A DNA stretch of 64,000 nucleotides from Candidatus Bathyarchaeota archaeon. GTDB lineage: Archaea > Thermoproteota > Bathyarchaeia > 40CM-2-53-6. Within the stretch, counting starts at the first letter, position 1; each line of letters begins with the position of its first letter. The position numbers and the translations under genes are program-made. The notes under the pieces are model-generated. The model ran no database searches. It was not told the DNA's origin and saw only the letters and a program-made list of their open reading frames with translations. Where the stretch lies: assembly GCA_963726255.1 (NCBI GenBank), contig CAVSBL010000002.1, positions 1,568,001-1,632,000 on the forward strand. The letters run 5' to 3'. Positions 58,412-64,000 of this stretch are shown here, piece by piece.

Positions 58412-59543
58412 GGGGTGCGCTATGGGTATGTGAGCGCGATATTCGAAAATTCTTGAGACAACCTACCGTCATGCTCGCGGCAATAATCGGACCGTTCCTA
58501 ACCCTCATACTGCTCGGTTATGCTTTCGGGGGCGCCATAACACACGTTCCCGTCGGAGTAGTTCGAGAGAGCGTCGGGCCGGTCTCCTCCGATTTCATCG
58601 ACAACGTGCGGGGAGAACAAAACTGTGCTTTTGGAGGCGTGAACTGCGGCACTGCCTTTGTTCTAACGGACGTTTCGGATCTGGATAACGCGCAAGCCAT
58701 GCTGAGAAGAGGACTGATAAAAGCGATAATTTACATTCCAATGGATTTTGACAATTCAATCCGCAATTCGAATTCGCCCACCGTTACCGTCTATCTGGAT
58801 AACACAGACCCACTTAGCGCGGCAGCGATCTCTGGGCTTTTGGCCCAAGCAGGGCGCCAAGTTTCAGCTCAGATACAGGTTAACTCGCCCGCCGACCCAA
58901 CAGTTTACGTCGACCTGGCGAACATGTATCGGAACACTTTGTATATCGAATTCATGGCTCCCGGGTCGCTTATCCAATCCATCATGTTCGCGTCGATTAT
59001 CGGCGGCGGAATCTCAATTCTCTTCGATAAGCAGAGAGGGGTCATAGAAGGCTACCTCGTCACACCTTTGAAACAATATGAGATAGTCGTTGGCGTCCTC
59101 CTCGCAGGCGTTATCAAGGCGATGTTCTCGGCTATCACAATGTTCGTGTTGGCGGTTTTGTTTGCAGGGGTTCGGCCCGTGACCAACCTTTTTGGTTACG
59201 TGTTAATTTTCTTTACACTCTTTCTAACTGCGCTAGGCATAATCTCGATGATGACCGCCTATGCAGTCCGAGCCCCGCGCCGGAAGTGTATCAATTCACT
59301 GCCTTTCCGATTAACCTAATTCTGTACTTCACCAGTGGCGCTGTATACCCGATTCAAGGCTTTCCCAGCTGGATGAGAAGCATCGCATTACTGAATCCTG
59401 AAGCTTACGCAATTGACGCTCTTCGATCCGTTATGTACAAAGGAGCTGGCCTACCTGCGGTTATCGGTGATTTTGCATTCCTCGCGGTTTTCACTGGACT
59501 GATGGTACTCCTAGCGACTGCAGCTTTCAAGCGGACCCTTTGA
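58408..59543 (+). CDS. ABC-2 exporter permease (frameshift near 59275)
   Basis: TM1, extracellular loop, F..PG, D...G..E..LVTP; continues as SGAVYP...FP.W....NP..Y..DALR. Confidence 0.88.
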
Positions 59544-59596
59544 AGCGCAACCTTAAATCCCGTGTACTCGAAACTTCCCAAAGGATTCGAAAGTGT

Positions 59597-60865
59597 ATGC
59601 CAGCCTTGAAGGTTCGGAATGCAGCAATAGTAGCCGTCGCAATTCTGCTCGCCATCAGTGTTTCCGCACGGTATGTTGTTCCTCCTGTCAATGCAATTGG
59701 ACTAGCTAATGTTGTTGTAACAAGTGTTTACTGGGGCACCAACCCAATGGATCCGACTACTGCTCATCCCGGGGACGTCAACACTCAACTTTCCATCATA
59801 ATAACCAATGTGGGTGATGATGTAGCACGTGGAGTCAATGCCACTCTCTTAATCGGGCCACCATTGACGTATACCTACTATGTGGGTGACGCTCAGTATA
59901 ACCCGAGTTCAACATCGAAAGCAGCTGGCGACATGGCAGCTGGAGCAAGTTTCACGGTTGCCTATACGGTCAGCGTGGATCCGAATGCGAAACAAGGAAT
60001 CTACCGATACGACCTCCAAGTCTCATACAAATCTGCTCGCGAACTTCAGCAAATCAACCAAGGCCTAGCGGTGGATGTCCCGCTGTGGAATGGGGAACTC
60101 CACATTCAGAACGTTGTTACAGTTCCAACGAAGGTCTACCCTGATAGCAAACAAGTCGCCCTCAAAGTCTTCATTGTGAATTCGGGTAGGGGCGAAGCCA
60201 AAGACCTGCAACTCCGATTAGGCCTATCGCCTCCGTTCACAGCATCCTCAAGCGGCTCTGACAGCATATACGTGGGCAACATACCGTCTGGACAGACAGC
60301 GGAAGCTGACTTCGTTGTTGACGTGGCGACTAATGCGCAGTTTGGCCAGTATGAAGTAGTGTTGGGGAAACAGGTTGGTAATGACCTGATCCCGATCGGA
60401 CAGGTGCCGGTGTATTTGGCTGAGAAAGTGAATTTCGACATTGTAAGCGTCACACCGGCTGCAGTACACGCGGGAGACTCGGGCGATGTGATTAGGGTTG
60501 AGATAAAGAATGCAGGGTCCGTGAAGGCGGACTCTGTTAGAGTAGAAATGCGAGTTGGCAACTTCTTCACAGGGACACTAACTGATTTCCTAGGTACGAT
60601 GCTTGCGGGAGAGACCAAAGTCGCATTCTTCACAGTAGACATTGACAGCAAGGCTCAGCCGGGGCAGTATGCTTTGGACCTGAGGTTTGATTGGACACAG
60701 GATAACAACTCCCTCGACAATACTCAAAGCATCACCTTGACAGTTACGTCACCCGGAGTACCCACCGCCCTGATCATCGTGGCCGTGATTGTAATCGCTG
60801 GCGCCGGGGGTTACTTCTTCCTCCGAAAGCGCAGAATGAAAGCAGCAGGGTCTACGAAGAAATGA
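59597..60865 (+). CDS. COG1361-like S-layer/CARDB-type repeat surface protein with C-terminal anchor
   Basis: Signal peptide; three repeats of I.N.G...A...G.I..G......F.V......G.Y; TM + RKRR. Confidence 0.8.
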   Translation: MPALKVRNAAIVAVAILLAISVSARYVVPPVNAIGLANVVVTSVYWGTNPMDPTTAHPGDVNTQLSIIITNVGDDVARGVNATLLIGPPLTYTYYVGDAQYNPSSTSKAAGDMAAGASFTVAYTVSVDPNAKQGIYRYDLQVSYKSARELQQINQGLAVDVPLWNGELHIQNVVTVPTKVYPDSKQVALKVFIVNSGRGEAKDLQLRLGLSPPFTASSSGSDSIYVGNIPSGQTAEADFVVDVATNAQFGQYEVVLGKQVGNDLIPIGQVPVYLAEKVNFDIVSVTPAAVHAGDSGDVIRVEIKNAGSVKADSVRVEMRVGNFFTGTLTDFLGTMLAGETKVAFFTVDIDSKAQPGQYALDLRFDWTQDNNSLDNTQSITLTVTSPGVPTALIIVAVIVIAGAGGYFFLRKRRMKAAGSTKK

Positions 60866-60866
60866 A

Positions 60867-63800
60867 ATGAGTTGTGGGAGGAGCACCCAGTTCGGAGCAG
60901 AGAGAGGTTTGGCTCGACGATGGGTCACCGTAGTGCTCATTTTAGCATTGGCAGCGAGCCTCCTTGCTCCGGTTTATGCCCACACCACTCTCGGTGACCT
61001 GAGTAGTTCGAATCCGTACTTCAGGTTCAATGACCATGAACTGAACCCGACAAACACATTCGGGACAGCACACGTGCCCGGTCCGCTCGGCTACGTGTGG
61101 CCGGGAAGCGGTCTGAACATGTACAGTGGGAATCCATCTAACCCACCAGGGTATCAATCTCCCTACACAGACTTTGAACAACCATTGCAGGAAGCCGCTG
61201 ACGCATACGCCCCAGAGGGTGCAATTCTCACCTCGACCCCCGACCACGATAGCGTCGGCGACCTAATCTTTGCCATCAACTTCTCCCAACCGCACGCATA
61301 CCTGCCCCCAGGCGACTACAAGTACTCGACACTAGCTTTGTACATCCCAGCTCCCGTATTCGATAAGACCGGCACTATCGTCCAGGATGGTTTTGAGCCC
61401 GCCGCTGGCGTAAACTGGGATAACGGAGAGAACACTAACATAGTAACCACGATCACGGACAGTTACGCAGACATCTTTGTGACGAGAGCGGACAGAAACG
61501 ATCCCTTCGAACCCGGCTCATGGATCGTATTCATCACAGCACCAAACAACATAACCTTCACCGCCGCGAGAGGTTGGTCAGAGTGGTATTACCTTCGCAT
61601 TAACCAAATGAGAGCGCCCGAAGTTGCGGGAAGGTATTTCTTCAAAATGTTTCTTGACAATCATTTTCCCGTTCACAGACAAGGTGCCTTTCCGAAGCTG
61701 ATAAACAGCACAATGCCCATGGAGAACTGGCCTGTGCTCCTCGTCAAGGGAGAGGTTGACCCGGCTTTCATATCGGGAACAGTTAGGTTCGGCGACCAAT
61801 CGAACCCAAGCTTATACGGGCTTCCGCTGAACCTCCCCGGTAGAGTTAGGGCAGTCGGGGTTGCAACTAATCCCGTAACGGGCATATCGACAGGGCGGGC
61901 GGTGCAGGCTTGGGGTTACTTTAACGCGACCTCGCATGGTCACTTTGAGATTGAAGGTGTCGCTCCCGGAATCTACGACATTTACGCTTCCGCCGCAGGC
62001 TTTCCTGAGCAACAGATCGCGGCGAACATTCGGGTTAACCGAGGTCAATCCTTAAGGTTTGACGGCTATTTGCAGGCTGGGCCCCAAGTTGGAGGGCGAA
62101 TCTATTCGAAGGGGTTATTCGGGTCTCTTCCGTGGTCTGGTCAATTGCCGATTACAGTGGTGATTTACAATAGTAACACGTACGACACCGATAGCATCGT
62201 CACATATTCCCCGGCAAACCTGACCCACGCACCATTCATATCATATTTGACAGGGAATGCGAAGTTCACCGGCAATCGATTGGCCGGACAAAACCGCCCT
62301 AGGTCAGCAGCTTTCCCATGGGAAGGGCCACTCGGTTACTACACCCTCACCGTAGGCCCGAATTTCAAAGACCCGTTCGGCATTTTCAACGGCGTTGGGC
62401 CTGCGCAACCGTGGTGGGTGGACCCGTTAGGCAACGCGAATCCAGTGACTTCCCTCGGTTCTACCAGTAGCGATTTTGTCTTCCAATTTGGCGCGAAGGG
62501 GGCGTACGGTGCACCAGCCAAATTCTCTGGGATGGTACCGCAGGTCTTCGCAACCTGGACCGATAGTCTCACGCCGGGAATGTATTATGTTCGTGCATTT
62601 GTGAACGGATATGTTCAGACGTCAGTCGATGGAACACAGCTCATCGATTACACTTTCCAAGTCCCTGCAAACAGTTACTCCACAAACGTGTTCCTTCCCA
62701 TCGACCTACAGAAATCAGCAAGCATCAGTATCACAATCCACTTCCACGACCAAGCTGGAACGCTTGTAGACGCACCAATCGGAGGCCCAGACCCGGCAAG
62801 ATTCTTAATTGCGGAGGCATACGCGAGCGACGGAAAATTCGCCGCCCTCAACTTCACACAAGTCACGTCCACTAAGAGCGAAGCCATCATAACATTGAAC
62901 GGGCTGGGAATGGCCGGCCCAATTTCTGGCCTGATTTCTCCAGCTGACCCGCGAGCATCCATAAGGTACTCACTCGCCAGGTATCGAGACCTATTCGATT
63001 ATGGCCTGCCAACTGACACGTACACCATTCGAGTTTACATGCGTGGGTATATCCAGGCATTGCCTCCAGCCACCACCTTCGATTACTTGGACCAGCCGCT
63101 GACAACAACCGTCTCAATAGGAATAGGGGCACCGAGCGTAAGCACCCATATGTATCGGGGAGGCGAAATCAACACAACCCTCTTCTCCGTCGACTGGGAA
63201 CAACCCGCCACCGCGAAAAACTGGGTGTGGAACAGCACCTCTGTTAGCACGCTGGTATACGATGTTTCATCTAAGAATTTCATCGACGTGATTTACTTCT
63301 GGAATTCTAAGATCAAACAATGGGTTCTGCCCACCCAGAATTCCAAATTCACGAACCTGCCCTGGCCGGGTTGGCAGACAGACTTTGGTCCAGGAGCCAG
63401 CCTGCTCGTAACCAACGGTTCCACGCTAGTCGACAGATTTGGACCTGACTTACCGAGTCTGACATCACTTGACCCAGCTCAGGATGAGGCGACAACCGTG
63501 TTTCTCGAAGAGAATTTCCGTACAGGCTTTCTGTACAGCTCCAGTTCTTACCGGCAGAATTCATTTCGTTCTTCTTTGGCCATCTACCCCGGAGTCTACG
63601 CCTTGAATACCTGGACCTACGGCTACGTACAAGACAATGTGGCCAGCCTCGGCGATTTGGGCAATGTGATCGTCTCCGTTTCATGGCTGGGGTCGCAAGC
63701 TGATACAAACATTCAATTGATTGTTGGGGTCAATTTGACGATAAGCATGGTCTTCAAGACAGAGAACACCTTCTCTGGAATTCCGTTCAATTCCTCAGTA

Positions 63801-64000
63801 CGGATTCGGGTTTTTGACGACGGAGACACACTGATCGCAGCCGCAACCGTATTTTCCGACGCGGGCACGCTAGCCCCTAGCTCCAACGCCGGATTCTTCG
63901 CTGACGGAATGAAGCTACTTCAGCGACCGGTCCCCGCGGGGACGAAGACACTGCAAAACACGAACCTAGCAGGACTCTTCAGCTACGTTGAGCCTAGCAC
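60867..64000 (+). CDS. Large secreted surface protein with prealbumin/carboxypeptidase-regulatory-like repeats (partial, >1044 aa)
   Basis: Manual translation is stop-free from ATG 60867 to the window end; signal peptide ...LILALAASLLAPVYA; repeats GIYDIYASAAGF, GMYYVRAFVNGY, DTYTIRVYMRGY, GVYALNTWTYGY. Confidence 0.88.
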   Translation, partial: MSCGRSTQFGAERGLARRWVTVVLILALAASLLAPVYAHTTLGDLSSSNPYFRFNDHELNPTNTFGTAHVPGPLGYVWPGSGLNMYSGNPSNPPGYQSPYTDFEQPLQEAADAYAPEGAILTSTPDHDSVGDLIFAINFSQPHAYLPPGDYKYSTLALYIPAPVFDKTGTIVQDGFEPAAGVNWDNGENTNIVTTITDSYADIFVTRADRNDPFEPGSWIVFITAPNNITFTAARGWSEWYYLRINQMRAPEVAGRYFFKMFLDNHFPVHRQGAFPKLINSTMPMENWPVLLVKGEVDPAFISGTVRFGDQSNPSLYGLPLNLPGRVRAVGVATNPVTGISTGRAVQAWGYFNATSHGHFEIEGVAPGIYDIYASAAGFPEQQIAANIRVNRGQSLRFDGYLQAGPQVGGRIYSKGLFGSLPWSGQLPITVVIYNSNTYDTDSIVTYSPANLTHAPFISYLTGNAKFTGNRLAGQNRPRSAAFPWEGPLGYYTLTVGPNFKDPFGIFNGVGPAQPWWVDPLGNANPVTSLGSTSSDFVFQFGAKGAYGAPAKFSGMVPQVFATWTDSLTPGMYYVRAFVNGYVQTSVDGTQLIDYTFQVPANSYSTNVFLPIDLQKSASISITIHFHDQAGTLVDAPIGGPDPARFLIAEAYASDGKFAALNFTQVTSTKSEAIITLNGLGMAGPISGLISPADPRASIRYSLARYRDLFDYGLPTDTYTIRVYMRGYIQALPPATTFDYLDQPLTTTVSIGIGAPSVSTHMYRGGEINTTLFSVDWEQPATAKNWVWNSTSVSTLVYDVSSKNFIDVIYFWNSKIKQWVLPTQNSKFTNLPWPGWQTDFGPGASLLVTNGSTLVDRFGPDLPSLTSLDPAQDEATTVFLEENFRTGFLYSSSSYRQNSFRSSLAIYPGVYALNTWTYGYVQDNVASLGDLGNVIVSVSWLGSQADTNIQLIVGVNLTISMVFKTENTFSGIPFNSSVRIRVFDDGDTLIAAATVFSDAGTLAPSSNAGFFADGMKLLQRPVPAGTKTLQNTNLAGLFSYVEPS

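Noticed and set aside
60942-63708. Several short minus-strand ORFs
   Set aside because: They lie antisense to the uninterrupted plus-strand ORF starting at 60867.
1-64000. CRISPR arrays, tRNA/rRNA genes, transposases, integrases, defence systems
   Set aside because: None recognised; intergenic gaps are short with no regularly spaced repeats. The HD dNTPase looks like the common housekeeping type with no defence neighbours.

Overview
Archaeal chromosomal window, most consistent with a TACK lineage such as Bathyarchaeia (inferred from gene content: Hef, RadB-like protein, Dbh, PEF-CTERM protein, many Zn-ribbon proteins). It is densely coding. 1-20 kb holds the conserved information-processing superoperon (SRP54, L21e, Rpo4, DUF655, RsmA, L10e, Dph2, Csl4, Rpo11, TFS, PCNA, PriL, PriS, GINS, L44e, S27e, aIF2-alpha, Nop10), interrupted by a few insertions (PolIV, PEF-CTERM protein, MenG/UbiE, membrane subtilase, Rieske ferredoxin). 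20-28.7 kb holds a eukaryote-like STT3/AglB with extra Ig-like domains, an OSTC/DC2-like membrane protein 2 kb away, gcvT/gcvH, carS, radB and Clp1. 28.8-40 kb holds a complete archaeal (ADH-type) chorismate operon led by aspartokinase/asd, convergent with a chorismate mutase-aminotransferase fusion and tyrA. 40-64 kb holds mixed genes: a PAC4-like protein, HD dNTPase, MoxR/DUF58 cluster, tmk, GGPP synthase, ZIP transporter, Hef, a DUF4013 pair, an ABC-2 exporter, a COG1361 protein and a >1044-aa surface protein running off the end. Five genes carry frameshifts that look like sequencing errors. I saw no rRNA, tRNA, CRISPR array or mobile element. Best leads: (i) a possible multi-subunit, eukaryote-like oligosaccharyltransferase (STT3 + DC2), (ii) a Tyr-codon leader peptide with alternative RNA pairings in front of the aromatic-pathway operon, (iii) further eukaryote-like proteins (PAC4-like, Clp1 with N-terminal domain). 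All family calls come from motif recognition by eye, not database searches.
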